Part shown: piece by piece, positions 18,482 to 28,282 of the stretch
Layout of the letters: each line of letters begins with the position of its first letter
How positions within the stretch are numbered: the first letter of the stretch is position 1
Source of the DNA: Phycisphaerae bacterium
GTDB taxonomy: Bacteria > Planctomycetota > Phycisphaerae > UBA1845 > Fen-1342
Length of the DNA stretch: 64,000 bases
Reading direction: 5' to 3'
Assembly (NCBI GenBank): GCA_963675745.2
Contig: CAXXWX010000006.1
Coordinates: 160,001-224,000 of the forward strand
Made by a program: the position numbers and the translations under genes
The notes under the pieces: generated by a model
The model's input: only the letters and a program-made list of their open reading frames with translations
Databases searched by the model: none
Told to the model about the DNA's origin: nothing

Positions 18482-20005
18482 CTACGGTGGCGAAGCCGCC
18501 GGCGCGCTGGGCATGGGGAAGAGCTCCGATTCTGTCCGATCCGTCGCCATTATGTCGGCGATCTGCTTGACGATCTGCGGATAGCGGTCGGCCAGGTCGC
18601 GCGACTCGCCGATGTCGCTATCGAGATCGTACAGTTCGATCGGCGCTCCGGGACGTTTGGCGATTTTGGTGCGCACCCCCTTCCAGCGGCCCATGCGGAC
18701 CGCCTGTTTCCCGTCGCCGCTGCTGTATTCCCAATAGAGATGATGATGTTTCCGTTGCCCGGGCCGGGCCAACAGCGTTGGCAGGAAACTGATCCCATCA
18801 ATGTCGGCCGGCGGTTCGATGCTGAGAAGCTCGGCGACAGTCGGCAACAAATCCCAAAACGCCGAAATGTGGTCAGAGACGGTGCCGGGCTTGATGTGGC
18901 CCTTCCAGCGTGCGACAAACGGCACGCGAATCCCGCCCTCGTAAACATCGCACTTCAAGCCACGCAGCGGGCCGGTGCTTTGGAAGAATTTGGAGTCGGT
19001 GCCGCCGTTAAACGTCGGCCCGTTGTCGCTGCTGAAAACGACCAGGGTGTTTTCCTCAAGCCCGAGCTGCTCAACCAGGCGCAGCATCCGGCCGACGTCG
19101 CGATCCATGCGCGTGATCATGGCGGCGTATCCCGCTCGCGGTGTCGGGTGTGGCAGATATCCACGGCTGCCATCGTAGGGCTTCTCCGGGAACTTCCCGG
19201 CGTATTCATCAAGCGAGTCGCGCGGTACCTGGATAGCCGCATGGGGGACGGGTGTGGCGAAATACAGGAAGAAGGGGCGGTCCCGGTTGGCACGGATGAA
19301 CTCAAGTGCTTCCGAGATCATGAGGTCGGGAGCGTACTGCTCGCCCCGGTACCGGTCATAGGCGCCGGCATCGGCGGGGGGCCCGTCGATGCGCTGGTGC
19401 GCGCTGAACCACGGATTGCCGTCGAGCAGGTCTTTGTCGCCGTTGCGCCACAGATGTGTCGGGTAATAGTTGTGGGCAACGCGCTGGCAGAGATATCCGT
19501 ACCAATGATCGAAGCCCTGCCGATTGGGCTGGCCGGTCGAGTCGGGGCCGCCGAGTCCCCATTTACCAATGGCACAGGTTGTGTAGCCGTGCTGCTTGAG
19601 CAGTCTGGCGAGCGTGAGCGTGTCTGCCGTCAAAGGGCGCTGGCCCTCCCTGGCGTCGCGCTCCCAGCCGCCCATCTCTGCGTTGTTGCGAATCTGCGCG
19701 TGGCCCGTGTGCTGGCCGGTCAGAAGTGTGCAACGCGACGGTGCGCAGACCGGGCTGCCTGAGTAATGCTGCGTGAACCTCACGCCTTCGCCGGCCAGCC
19801 GATCGATATTCGGCGTGCGGATCTTGCGCTGGCCGTAGCAACCCAGTTCGGCGTAGCCAAGATCGTCCGCAAGAATGTAGATGATGTTGGGGCGTACTGC
19901 CGGTGCGGCGGTGGCGACTACCGCGGCACTCGTCAGCCAGAGGATCACGACGACCGCGGTACGCAGTGCACGGCCGCGGAACTGGTCTGCTGCTCGCATG
20001 CGCAT
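18482..20005 (-). CDS. Arylsulfatase (Cys-type)
   Basis: PNIIYILADDLG, CAPSRCTLLTG, GKWGLG, SSDNG, YEGGIRVP; start uncertain (20005 or 19999). Confidence 0.95.
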   Translation of the reverse strand: MRMRAADQFRGRALRTAVVVILWLTSAAVVATAAPAVRPNIIYILADDLGYAELGCYGQRKIRTPNIDRLAGEGVRFTQHYSGSPVCAPSRCTLLTGQHTGHAQIRNNAEMGGWERDAREGQRPLTADTLTLARLLKQHGYTTCAIGKWGLGGPDSTGQPNRQGFDHWYGYLCQRVAHNYYPTHLWRNGDKDLLDGNPWFSAHQRIDGPPADAGAYDRYRGEQYAPDLMISEALEFIRANRDRPFFLYFATPVPHAAIQVPRDSLDEYAGKFPEKPYDGSRGYLPHPTPRAGYAAMITRMDRDVGRMLRLVEQLGLEENTLVVFSSDNGPTFNGGTDSKFFQSTGPLRGLKCDVYEGGIRVPFVARWKGHIKPGTVSDHISAFWDLLPTVAELLSIEPPADIDGISFLPTLLARPGQRKHHHLYWEYSSGDGKQAVRMGRWKGVRTKIAKRPGAPIELYDLDSDIGESRDLADRYPQIVKQIADIMATDRTESELFPMPSAPAASPP

Positions 20006-20134
20006 CTCGTACGGCGGTGGCCGCGGCGGAGAGACCGCTCTGTTGCCAGACTCGCTGGGTGGTCTCACTACCGCGCGAAAGGTTGATTGGCTGCCGGCCC
20101 CGGTCAGCAAGCCCGTCAGGCGGCGGGTTAACCA

Positions 20135-21097
20135 CTATTCGCCGGACAGCTCCTCCTCGTATTTCTTCAGCGTTTTCTCGACATCGTCGCGCATGGGCCC
20201 CTCGGCGGCGAATTTGACCGCCCGCTGCTGGACCTTGATGGCCTCTTGCTTTTTGTCGCTATCCCACAGAGCACGGGCGTATGTGTCGAGAATAGCGGCG
20301 TTCTCTCCTTCGGTCAGGTCGTTGGCCTGCTTGGCGGCCATGCGCGCGAACTTCAGATCGCGCGTCTTGACGTTCTCATCCGTGAGCACCTTCCAGGCGA
20401 CCTCGTTGAGCATTTCGGAGTCATCTCTGATGGAGGCGTATAGCTCCTTGGCCAGCGCGCGGGCGGCCTCCGCGTCATCCGATTCGCTGACCAGCTCGAG
20501 GTACTTGACCACCAGGTCATACTTCTTCTTGAGTTTGGCCATCTCCTTCTCGGCGACCTCGTCACCGATCTTCTTCAGCGTCTTGACGTCATACTCTTCG
20601 GTGAGAATTTTCTGGATGACCTCCTCCAGCCCGAACATCGGGTGGCCTTCCCAGACGATGTTGCCCTTTTTGTCGACGACGAAACACTGCGGGATGCCGT
20701 TCTTCTTGAAGGCCTTCATATAGCGGTCGCTGGTGGCGCTTTTGTCATCGACGGCCACTGTGTAGTCCATCTTGTCGCCCTGCTTTTTGACAAACTCCTG
20801 GACAAGCTTGGATTTTTCGTCGGAGACGCCCACGAATACGACGCCCTTGTCCTTGTACTTGTGCTGCATCTCGGTCATGTGCGGGATGCCCTTGATGCAC
20901 GGGCCGCACCAGGTCGCCCAGAATTCGACGATATAGATGTTCTGGCCCTGGCCGGCCTTCAGATCGACCGGGTCGCCCTTGACCCACTCTTTGATCTTCA
21001 GCTCCGGCGCCGGATCACCGATCTCGATGGCAAGCACGGGCGCCGCGACGAACAGCAATGCCAGGACCGCCGAAACGGCCACTTGTCGATTATTCAT
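20135..21097 (-). CDS. TlpA/redoxin family thiol-disulfide protein with C-terminal TPR-like helices
   Basis: Signal peptide, VEFWATWCGPC, GIP, LDTYARAL. Confidence 0.92.
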   Translation of the reverse strand: MNNRQVAVSAVLALLFVAAPVLAIEIGDPAPELKIKEWVKGDPVDLKAGQGQNIYIVEFWATWCGPCIKGIPHMTEMQHKYKDKGVVFVGVSDEKSKLVQEFVKKQGDKMDYTVAVDDKSATSDRYMKAFKKNGIPQCFVVDKKGNIVWEGHPMFGLEEVIQKILTEEYDVKTLKKIGDEVAEKEMAKLKKKYDLVVKYLELVSESDDAEAARALAKELYASIRDDSEMLNEVAWKVLTDENVKTRDLKFARMAAKQANDLTEGENAAILDTYARALWDSDKKQEAIKVQQRAVKFAAEGPMRDDVEKTLKKYEEELSGE

Positions 21098-21273
21098 GAT
21101 TGTTCCTTCCGCTGGTGAAAACCCATTTTGCGCACCACGGCGATCGCGTCCGATCGCACAACGTCCGTACGCAACCCAACTGCGTGGATTATAAGCAGAT
21201 TAGGCCTATCAGTGCCCCCCCAGGACGGCCGCGTTGTGTAAATCGGCCCCGTGGTCGAACACGCCGGAGCTGC

Positions 21274-22944
21274 TCACTCTCGCGCCAGAATCTGCTCATC
21301 AGCGATCAGCCGCGCGCGCAAGCGCTCGTAGGCCACGTCCTGAACCGCGGAGCGCTCGTCGATCGCATGGACGGCCGCGGTGGCGGCGGACTGGCCGAGG
21401 ATCATGAACACCGGTTCCATACGGATCGACCCAAAAGCGATGTGCGACGCCGACAGGCACACCGGCACGAGCAGATTGGAGCACTCGGCGCGGCGCGGGA
21501 CGATGGCCCCGAAGCCGATCGGGAAGGGCGGGAAGCCGCCCACCTGCACATCACCCTCGTTGCGCACGTGGCCGTTTTCATCGACGTGGCGCTGCACGTT
21601 GTGCGAATCCATCGTATAGGCCGCCATCGCGATCGGGTCCTTCGCAACCTCGCGCCCCTGGCAGTGGTGCTGGGTCATGACCGACACGCCGACCATACGC
21701 CGAGCCTCGCGGATATAGAGTTGGTGGGGCCAATGACCGTTGTCCACAAACTCGTCGCGCGGCAGCCCCCACTGGCCGTACTTCTCGCGGATGGTCGGCG
21801 GCACGCGCGGGTGATGCTGAAGCGTCCAGAGCAGGCCCTTCTGCCACGATTCATGGGCCGCGATGATGCGGGCGCGCGTGTCGTAATCGGCTTCCGCGTA
21901 TTCGTAGTTCATCCCGATGAAGTCGTTTGAGATGCCCCCCGAGTTGTTCGAGTCGGTCTTGCGATTGGGCATCAGACTGAGCGTGAAAAACCGATCCTGC
22001 TGGCCGGCTTCGATGGCCCGGAAGAGTATCTCGTATCTCGCCTCGTCGTAGTCGGCGGGCTTGTCCACCGGCACGCGATTACGCGGCACGTCAGTCAGGC
22101 ACATGCGGAAGCAGTAGGCTTGCAGCCGGTGATCGCCGCTGCCATCTTCGCCGGGGTCGGTGTTGACTCCAGGTAGCAGTCCACTGGCAGGGTCACCCTG
22201 GCGGACATACGCGTCGATCCCGCCCGGGAGCTGATTCTTGGTGGCGCGTGCCGTTTGGACGCCGTTCAATGTCTCGTCATAGGTTGCGTTTGACTCTCTG
22301 CCAACCACATATTTCACGCCGGCCCGGGCCATCAGGTCACCTTCGTACGTGGCGTCGATGAACACCCGGGCGCTGAACTTGCGACCGTCTTCTGTGCGCA
22401 GCGCCACGATGCGGGCCCCGTCCTTAAGAACACCTCCGCCGAGATCCAGCCGCGCGTGCATGACCGTGACGCCGGCTTCGGAGATCATGTCGTTGAAGAC
22501 CTTCTCGGCGACGTGTGGCTCAAAGACCCACATCGATGCGTCTTCCGGCCCAATCCGCGCACCCTGGGCCTGACCGCCAAACTCATCGCGAGCTTGCCAG
22601 CGCCACGCATCGTCGTCGCGGTAATGTCTCCAAACTTGACGGTAGAATTGGCGGCTGAGCCCGCCGATCACCTGCTTGTTGCCGATGTCGGTCCAACCGA
22701 GACCGCCGCTGGACATGCCGCCCAGGTGCCGGTCTGGCGAAATCAGCACAACCTGTTTGCCCATCTTCGCGACCTGCACGGCCGCAATGACGCCGGCGGA
22801 CGTTCCACCATAAACGACCACATCCGCGGCCTGAGACGCCGGGAGCGGTGTAGCGGCGCGGGACGTTGGCTGGGCGCTGGAGAATTGGCATGTGGCCGCC
22901 CCAATGAGGGTGACCGCCAACGATAGATGGTTTGTCAGGCTCAT
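21274..22944 (-). CDS. FAD-dependent oxidoreductase (exported)
   Basis: VVVYGGTSAG, IDATYEGDL, YIREARR, SASHIAFGSIRMEP. Confidence 0.92.
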   Translation of the reverse strand: MSLTNHLSLAVTLIGAATCQFSSAQPTSRAATPLPASQAADVVVYGGTSAGVIAAVQVAKMGKQVVLISPDRHLGGMSSGGLGWTDIGNKQVIGGLSRQFYRQVWRHYRDDDAWRWQARDEFGGQAQGARIGPEDASMWVFEPHVAEKVFNDMISEAGVTVMHARLDLGGGVLKDGARIVALRTEDGRKFSARVFIDATYEGDLMARAGVKYVVGRESNATYDETLNGVQTARATKNQLPGGIDAYVRQGDPASGLLPGVNTDPGEDGSGDHRLQAYCFRMCLTDVPRNRVPVDKPADYDEARYEILFRAIEAGQQDRFFTLSLMPNRKTDSNNSGGISNDFIGMNYEYAEADYDTRARIIAAHESWQKGLLWTLQHHPRVPPTIREKYGQWGLPRDEFVDNGHWPHQLYIREARRMVGVSVMTQHHCQGREVAKDPIAMAAYTMDSHNVQRHVDENGHVRNEGDVQVGGFPPFPIGFGAIVPRRAECSNLLVPVCLSASHIAFGSIRMEPVFMILGQSAATAAVHAIDERSAVQDVAYERLRARLIADEQILARE

Positions 22945-23049
22945 GGCTTGCCAGTCCCGTTCGGAAGATGGGGTTGGGCCGCGGTATCGGGTTGTTCAGG
23001 CAGTGAAACCCATTGGGCACAAACCAGTGCCACAGCCTTGGGATTGGTC

Positions 23050-23457
23050 CTAGCGTTTTCGCAGCCGCAGGAGGTTCTGGACCAGCTCGACGAGTTCGAG
23101 CTTATTCACGGGTTTGGTAATGAACTCGTCAGCGCCGCACTCGCGAGCACGCTCCAGGTCACCGACTTCGTTCAGCGCCGTCACCATCACCACCTGGATG
23201 TCGCGGCGACGGGGATCTTCCTTGATCAGACGGCAGACTTCGTAGCCGCTTTTCTTTGGCATCATGATATCCAGCAGGATCAGGTCGGGCTGATGGTCTT
23301 CAATCGCCGCCAGCGTCGCCTGGCCATCGCTGGCGGTGACCACGTCGACGGGTAGCTGTTCGAGGTAGGCCTCCAGCAATTCGAGAATCTGCGGATTGTC
23401 GTCGGCGATGAGCACCCTGGCGCGCGAAGCAGCATCGGCGTCACTGGTCGGCATCAT
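23050..23457 (-). CDS. Single-domain response regulator
   Basis: LIADD, DLILLDIMMP, VTAL, FITKP; AAGGGAG RBS. Confidence 0.93.
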   Translation of the reverse strand: MMPTSDADAASRARVLIADDNPQILELLEAYLEQLPVDVVTASDGQATLAAIEDHQPDLILLDIMMPKKSGYEVCRLIKEDPRRRDIQVVMVTALNEVGDLERARECGADEFITKPVNKLELVELVQNLLRLRKR

Positions 23458-23612
23458 GCACTCCCTTGGGCTGTTTCCAGCGTGCATTCTTGCGGAAAGC
23501 GACCCGGAATGTAAAGGCAGCGAACCGCAGAAGTAGGAAGCCGGAAACGCGCCAGCGCAGACTCTGTCCACCCGGGGCCGGCCCCGCTGTCTCGGGCACC
23601 TCATATTTCGGC

Positions 23613-23647
23613 CTTCTTACTTCTGACTTCTAACTTCTTACTTCTCA
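23613..23647. repeat. Heptamer tandem repeat (CTTCTNA)5
   Basis: cttctta cttctga cttctaa cttctta cttctca. Confidence 0.85.
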
Positions 23648-23787
23648 AATATGCTCCCCGCGCCTTTGCTTGTCTGGAATCCTGGGGCCGTATATAGTGA
23701 ATGTGGCCCGGACAATCAGCGCTCCCGGTAGGTGCGGGGACGCGCTTGTGTATTGACCATCCGGCGATTCGAACGGAGAGCACAACC

Positions 23788-24852
23788 ATGTTCAGCACGC
23801 GCCCGACTGCGGGACTTGTCTCCGGATGCCTGGTGATGGCGGCATTGCTTACCGCCTTGGTAGCCACGGGTTGCGCTTCCGGTCGGAATGGGATCGACGT
23901 ATTCGGCTCGCCGTTCCAGAGCAGCAGCGGAACCACCAGCACAGGGACCACCGGCCCCGGCAGCACCGGCATCGGCATTGGTGCCGGAACCGCCAATACT
24001 GGAAGCCGAGCGGACGTGGACCCGTGTACCGAGACGGAAGAGCGCAAGTACATCCGCATCAGCATGCGCAACGACATTCCGGTCGACAATGTTCACTATT
24101 TCCTGACGTTTATCGCGTACATCAACGACCCGAACGGCGTAGACGGCTATACGGACGGCGCCGTGTGTCCGGCCGATGAAGCTCTCTACCGCTCCAACGG
24201 CTACTCGATCAAGGTGAACGCCGGCGAACAACGCGTGTTCGGCAACTACTGCATCGATGGCCCCGCGCTGATCTGGTACTATCAGAGCGGGCGTTTTCGC
24301 AGCACCGGCGTCGGGAGCACCGATTTCGCCTCGGCCATCGGTCAGGCGCGCGGCACGGTGCCGACCTACGACGCGTTCTTCAGCAGTGCCGGCGCCCGCA
24401 TCCCGGTACCCAACATCATAATGTTCCACAATCCCGGTACTGGTGAAGGGGCGGCGCTGATTGTCGACGAGCCAAGCGCGAACCCATGCGACCCCGCGGC
24501 GGTTGACCGCACCTCAAATTGCGCGCGCGATGCCTTCTACTACGTTGACGACTCGGACCTGATGTCCGGAACGCCCACCCTCGGCCCCGGGTCGGGCAGG
24601 CGTGTCCCCAATGAGATCCAGGATACGCTGTGTGTCACCGAGGGGGATCTGACGCGCGGCTATCACACGTTGGCGCCGTCCGGCGTCACGCCGGCCACCG
24701 CGCTTGATCACGAGTTCCTTCGCGGCGGGAAGATCGAGTACGTTTTCATTCGCGCCGACCAGGATCCGCCCATCCCTCAGCTTCTGTGGAAGGTAACCGA
24801 CGAGCGCGGCGCGCTGGTCCACGACTTTGATTCGCGCTCCGGCACCAACTAG
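23788..24852 (+). CDS. Hypothetical lipoprotein
   Basis: GGAGAG RBS, hydrophobic signal with ATGC lipobox-like site, Gly/Thr linker, several Cys. Confidence 0.75.
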   Translation: MFSTRPTAGLVSGCLVMAALLTALVATGCASGRNGIDVFGSPFQSSSGTTSTGTTGPGSTGIGIGAGTANTGSRADVDPCTETEERKYIRISMRNDIPVDNVHYFLTFIAYINDPNGVDGYTDGAVCPADEALYRSNGYSIKVNAGEQRVFGNYCIDGPALIWYYQSGRFRSTGVGSTDFASAIGQARGTVPTYDAFFSSAGARIPVPNIIMFHNPGTGEGAALIVDEPSANPCDPAAVDRTSNCARDAFYYVDDSDLMSGTPTLGPGSGRRVPNEIQDTLCVTEGDLTRGYHTLAPSGVTPATALDHEFLRGGKIEYVFIRADQDPPIPQLLWKVTDERGALVHDFDSRSGTN

Positions 24853-24877
24853 CGCAGTTCCAGCAATCATCTGGTCG

Positions 24878-24940
24878 GTGCCACGGCCCTGTGAGCCGTG
24901 AGTTTCGTATCGGAACCGCACTGCTCGAGTGCAGTGGCAC
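24878..24940. repeat. Inverted pair of GTGCCAC-type REP-like palindromes
   Basis: GTGCCACGGCCCTGTGAGCCGTG (24878-24900) and CACTGCTCGAGTGCAGTGGCAC (24919-24940) between convergent genes. Confidence 0.7.
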
Positions 24941-25070
24941 AGCGAGCCGATTTCGACAGCGCCAGCTCCTCATTGAGTACGCCCGTCTTGTGAAACGCGA
25001 ACCGCCCACCGGTTGAAGCGGCGTTGGCGCGCACGTCCGGCTTACTGCGCGCGGAGGGCCGAACTCCGGG

Positions 25071-26234
25071 CTACGGTGCGGGATTCGTGGTCGGCGTTGG
25101 CTGAGTCTCCGGCGATTCCTGCGCCTCGTCGGTGGGCGGCGGCTGAACTGCCGGCGCGGTGAGCGACACGCCCAGCGCCTGGAGTTGGCGGCGCGCCACA
25201 TCGTCGTCGGGATTCAGCTCCAACGCTCGTCGCAGCGGCGCGATCGCCGCCTCGGATTGGTTGGTTCGCATCAGCAGCAAGCCGTAATCGCGCTGATAAT
25301 CCGCATTATCAGGCACGTACTCGATCGCTTTCTTCATGAACTCGAGAATCTGGTGGTATGAAATCAGCCGCGCCGTCTCGGCCTGCATCAGCTGCAGTTC
25401 AGCAACTTCCATGCTCAGTGCCGCGGCGCGCGGCTTGTTGACGTCGAGGACCTGGTCGGTCGGTTGTCGCCCGGGCCCCATCACGGCCAGTTGCTGGAAA
25501 CTCTGCTGGAGCGCGAGCATGTGGACCTGAAGGGCGCTCAGCAACTGCTGCAATGCGTCGACGTCGGCGGCATCGGCGGCGATCCGATCGCGCGCGATCT
25601 GTTCCAGGTTCACCGCCTCTTCCGCGGCCCGCTCCAGTTGTGCGGCTTCCACCAGCGTCATCACCAGCGTCTGACGCGTTACGTAGTCATCCGGGCGCCC
25701 GTTCACGGCCTGCTCCGCGAGCTGAACGGCTTTCAGTGATTTCTTGAGCCCACGATAGGTCTCGGCAAGCAGACGTCGAACCAGTGATATCTGGTCCTGC
25801 GCGGCGCGCTGTTCGGCCTTTTCCAGGTAAATCTCGGCCTGTTTGAACTGCCGCGTCGCCAGGTACAGACGCCCGAGCCCCAGATTGGCGTAGTAGTCGT
25901 TGGGATTGGCCCGGTAGACCTCCAGGAACAGCTCGCGCGCTTTCTTGATGTCGCGCTTCAGGAGGGACAACTCCGCGTTCAGCGCTTTGACCTCCTGATC
26001 ATCCTCGGCGCGCGAGCGCGCGACAACGATGTACGGCACGGCGGCTTCGTATTTCTCGCTGTCCAACAGGTCGCGCGCGTTGCGGACCAGCTCCTCGAGG
26101 GACATGCCCTGGAGGCGATCGATCTCGGCCTGGTCGAGCTTCTCTTCAGCCGGGCCGGGCTCAATCTGTTGAGCGGCCGCTGTCACCCCCAGCAGCGGGA
26201 GCACACACACCAAGGCTATCCACCGTCGCATCAT
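25071..26234 (-). CDS. Exported tetratricopeptide-repeat protein
   Basis: Signal peptide; TPR patterns ANLGLGRLYL and ALELNPDD. Confidence 0.85.
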   Translation of the reverse strand: MMRRWIALVCVLPLLGVTAAAQQIEPGPAEEKLDQAEIDRLQGMSLEELVRNARDLLDSEKYEAAVPYIVVARSRAEDDQEVKALNAELSLLKRDIKKARELFLEVYRANPNDYYANLGLGRLYLATRQFKQAEIYLEKAEQRAAQDQISLVRRLLAETYRGLKKSLKAVQLAEQAVNGRPDDYVTRQTLVMTLVEAAQLERAAEEAVNLEQIARDRIAADAADVDALQQLLSALQVHMLALQQSFQQLAVMGPGRQPTDQVLDVNKPRAAALSMEVAELQLMQAETARLISYHQILEFMKKAIEYVPDNADYQRDYGLLLMRTNQSEAAIAPLRRALELNPDDDVARRQLQALGVSLTAPAVQPPPTDEAQESPETQPTPTTNPAP

Positions 26235-26328
26235 CGTATCCAACTCCCGCGGCTCTGCGCCGCCATGTGAGCACTGTTAAACGCACCGCCAGGCCGACCC
26301 GCGCTGAATCCGGACGACGGCGACAGCA

Positions 26329-27642
26329 TTATGGGCGATTTTGGGCGGCGCTGTAAGGTTCGGCGGGCGCTATTACGTTGTTGTCGCGCGCCAACGTTAG
26401 TCGCACGCTGTTCAGGGCCACATGCGCCGTCCGCAACCGGATTACATCGCGCGGGAGCTGGCCGAAGCGCTGCTCATGAACCGTGACTGCGTCACGCGTC
26501 GCCAGCCCGATGTAGACCAGCCCCACGGGCTTTTCGACCGAGCCGCCGCCGGGCCCCGCAACACCGGTCACCGAGATTGCCAGGTCGCTGTCGAAACGGG
26601 CGCGACAGCCCTGCGCCAGGGCACTCGCGACCGGCGCGCTCACGGCGCCGTGCTCAGCGAGCATGCCCTCCTCTACTCCTACGAGTGCGCGCTTGGCTTC
26701 GTTCGAATAGCACACTACGCCACCCAGCATATAGGCGCTGCTGCCGGGAATATCGGTAAGCTCCTTGGCAATCAGCCCGCCGGTGCATGACTCGGCCGTG
26801 CTCACCGTCATCCGCTTATCGGCGAGAAGTCGGCCCACCGCTGAAGAAAGGGTATCCTCGCCGTACCCAAAGACCACCGCACCCAGGCGGCTCTCCACGA
26901 CTTGCCGGGTATGTGTCAGGAGTGCATCGGCCCGTTCACGGGTTGCCGCCGTCGCGTTGATCCGCACACTGATGATCCCCAGCGCGGCCGTTGTGCCAAG
27001 CTCCGGGTTGCGTCCGCGCTGCATCAGGTCCGCGAGGCGCTCGCCGATGGCTGACTCGCCCATGCCGAAAGTGCGGATGGTACACGTGCGTAACACGCCG
27101 CCGCGCGCGGCGGCGGCCAGCGCCGGAGCCACATCGCGATCGAACATCGCCTTCATCTCGAATGGCACACCCGGCAGGGCGAAACACGGCCTACCCAGCA
27201 GCGTCATGGCGAGGCCTGGCGCCGTGCCACAGGTGTTGGCGATTGCCGCCGCGCCGCGCGGGCGCATGGCCTGGGCCCGGTTGGGTTCCGGCATGCGGCG
27301 ATTGCGCTGGGCGAAGTATGCGCGAATCTGCTCGAAACCGGCCGCGTCAAATACGAGCGCTTCACCGCTGGCGGTCGCCAGGGCCACACGCGTCAGGTCG
27401 TCATCGGTCGGACCCAGCCCACCGGTCACGATCAGCACATCTGAGGCTTGCGCCGCGCTGGTCAGTGCTTCGCAAATCGGCAGAAGCTCGTCCGGGACGG
27501 TCACGTGGCGCTCGGCGCGCACGCCCAACGCGGCCAGTCGCGCGGCGATCCAGGCCGAGTTGGTGTCGACGGTCTGCCCGAGCGTCAACTCGGTGCCGAT
27601 TGAGACAATCGAGGCTGTCTGCACGCGCAACTCCCGATTCAA
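26329..27642 (-). CDS. cinA: Competence/damage-inducible protein A (molybdopterin-binding-like domain plus NMN deamidase PncC domain)
   Basis: IGTELTLGQTVDTNS, TGGLGPTDDDLT, GTAPG, AESCTGG, GVAGPGGGS..KPVGLV. Confidence 0.95.
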   Translation of the reverse strand: MNRELRVQTASIVSIGTELTLGQTVDTNSAWIAARLAALGVRAERHVTVPDELLPICEALTSAAQASDVLIVTGGLGPTDDDLTRVALATASGEALVFDAAGFEQIRAYFAQRNRRMPEPNRAQAMRPRGAAAIANTCGTAPGLAMTLLGRPCFALPGVPFEMKAMFDRDVAPALAAAARGGVLRTCTIRTFGMGESAIGERLADLMQRGRNPELGTTAALGIISVRINATAATRERADALLTHTRQVVESRLGAVVFGYGEDTLSSAVGRLLADKRMTVSTAESCTGGLIAKELTDIPGSSAYMLGGVVCYSNEAKRALVGVEEGMLAEHGAVSAPVASALAQGCRARFDSDLAISVTGVAGPGGGSVEKPVGLVYIGLATRDAVTVHEQRFGQLPRDVIRLRTAHVALNSVRLTLARDNNVIAPAEPYSAAQNRP

Positions 27643-27706
27643 CTCCCCGGGGCGAAGTCTATCCGATCTGCGGAACCGGCGAGGAAGAGCAAGGGCGCAT
27701 TTTTCG

Positions 27707-27715
27707 TGCTAGAAT
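27707..27715 (+). promoter_or_regulatory. Putative extended -10 promoter of the tRNA
   Basis: TGcTAGAAT about 24 bp upstream of the tRNA 5' end. Confidence 0.45.
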
Positions 27716-27738
27716 GACCCCCTGTCCGCGGGAAGCCG

Positions 27739-27812
27739 GGGCCAGTAGCCCAACCGGCAGAGGCACAGGACTTAAAATCCTGCAAGTGCGGGTTCGAGTC
27801 CCGCCTGGCCCA
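27739..27812 (+). tRNA. tRNA-Leu (anticodon TAA), short variable loop, CCA not encoded
   Basis: Acceptor GGGCCAG/CTGGCCC plus A; anticodon arm CAGGA-CTTAAAA-TCCTG; T arm GCGGG-TTCGAGT-CCCGC. Confidence 0.95.
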
Positions 27813-27911
27813 GTTTGGAATGTTTGCGGCGGCGCTGTCATTCGATGACACGAGCGTCGCCCCACAGTCGCGATCGCACCGAGGTTCTTCGATCGCCACA
27901 GGAGATTGTTT

Positions 27912-28154
27912 ATGTCGGATCAGCCGTCACTCGAGCAACGCGTAAGAGCCGTAATCGATGAATTCCGCCCGCTGACTCAATCCCATGGCGGTGACGTCGA
28001 GTTCGTCGAGATGGGCAGCGACAACATCGTCAAGGTACGCCTCCAGGGCGCCTGCCACGGCTGCCCGGGCGCCACGCAGACACTCAAGATGGGGCTCGAA
28101 CAGTACCTGCGCAGCAAGGTCCCCGAAATAGGCAGTGTCGAACAGGTGATGTAG
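27912..28154 (+). CDS. NifU-like (Nfu) Fe-S carrier protein
   Basis: RPLTQSHGGDVEFV, VRLQGACHGCPGATQTLKMGLE; AGGAG RBS. Confidence 0.93.
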   Translation: MSDQPSLEQRVRAVIDEFRPLTQSHGGDVEFVEMGSDNIVKVRLQGACHGCPGATQTLKMGLEQYLRSKVPEIGSVEQVM

Positions 28155-28180
28155 CGGCCTGCGCCTCGCAGGCCGTCGCC
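28151..28180 (+). repeat. GTAG-type REP-like palindrome overlapping the Nfu stop codon
   Basis: GTAGCGGCCTGCGCCTCGCAGGCCGTCGCC; exact reverse complement at 55485-55514. Confidence 0.85.
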
Positions 28181-28282
28181 GCCAGCCAGGGCTCTTTATG
28201 CTCGGCGTCCGGCGAGGCGGCGGCCGTTACGCCTTCGCCGAACCGCAACGCCAAGCGCGACATTCCTCCGGTGGCGACGGAC

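Noticed and set aside
18455..19762. Long antisense ORFs (for example 18455-19762, 6039-7250, 44936-46228, 28895-30001, 25-873)
   Set aside because: They are shadows of well-supported genes on the opposite strand, as expected in high-GC DNA, and carry no recognisable motifs.
27739..27905. Genomic island integrated at the tRNA
   Set aside because: No integrase, no duplicated tRNA 3' end noticed in the window, and the flanking genes are housekeeping.
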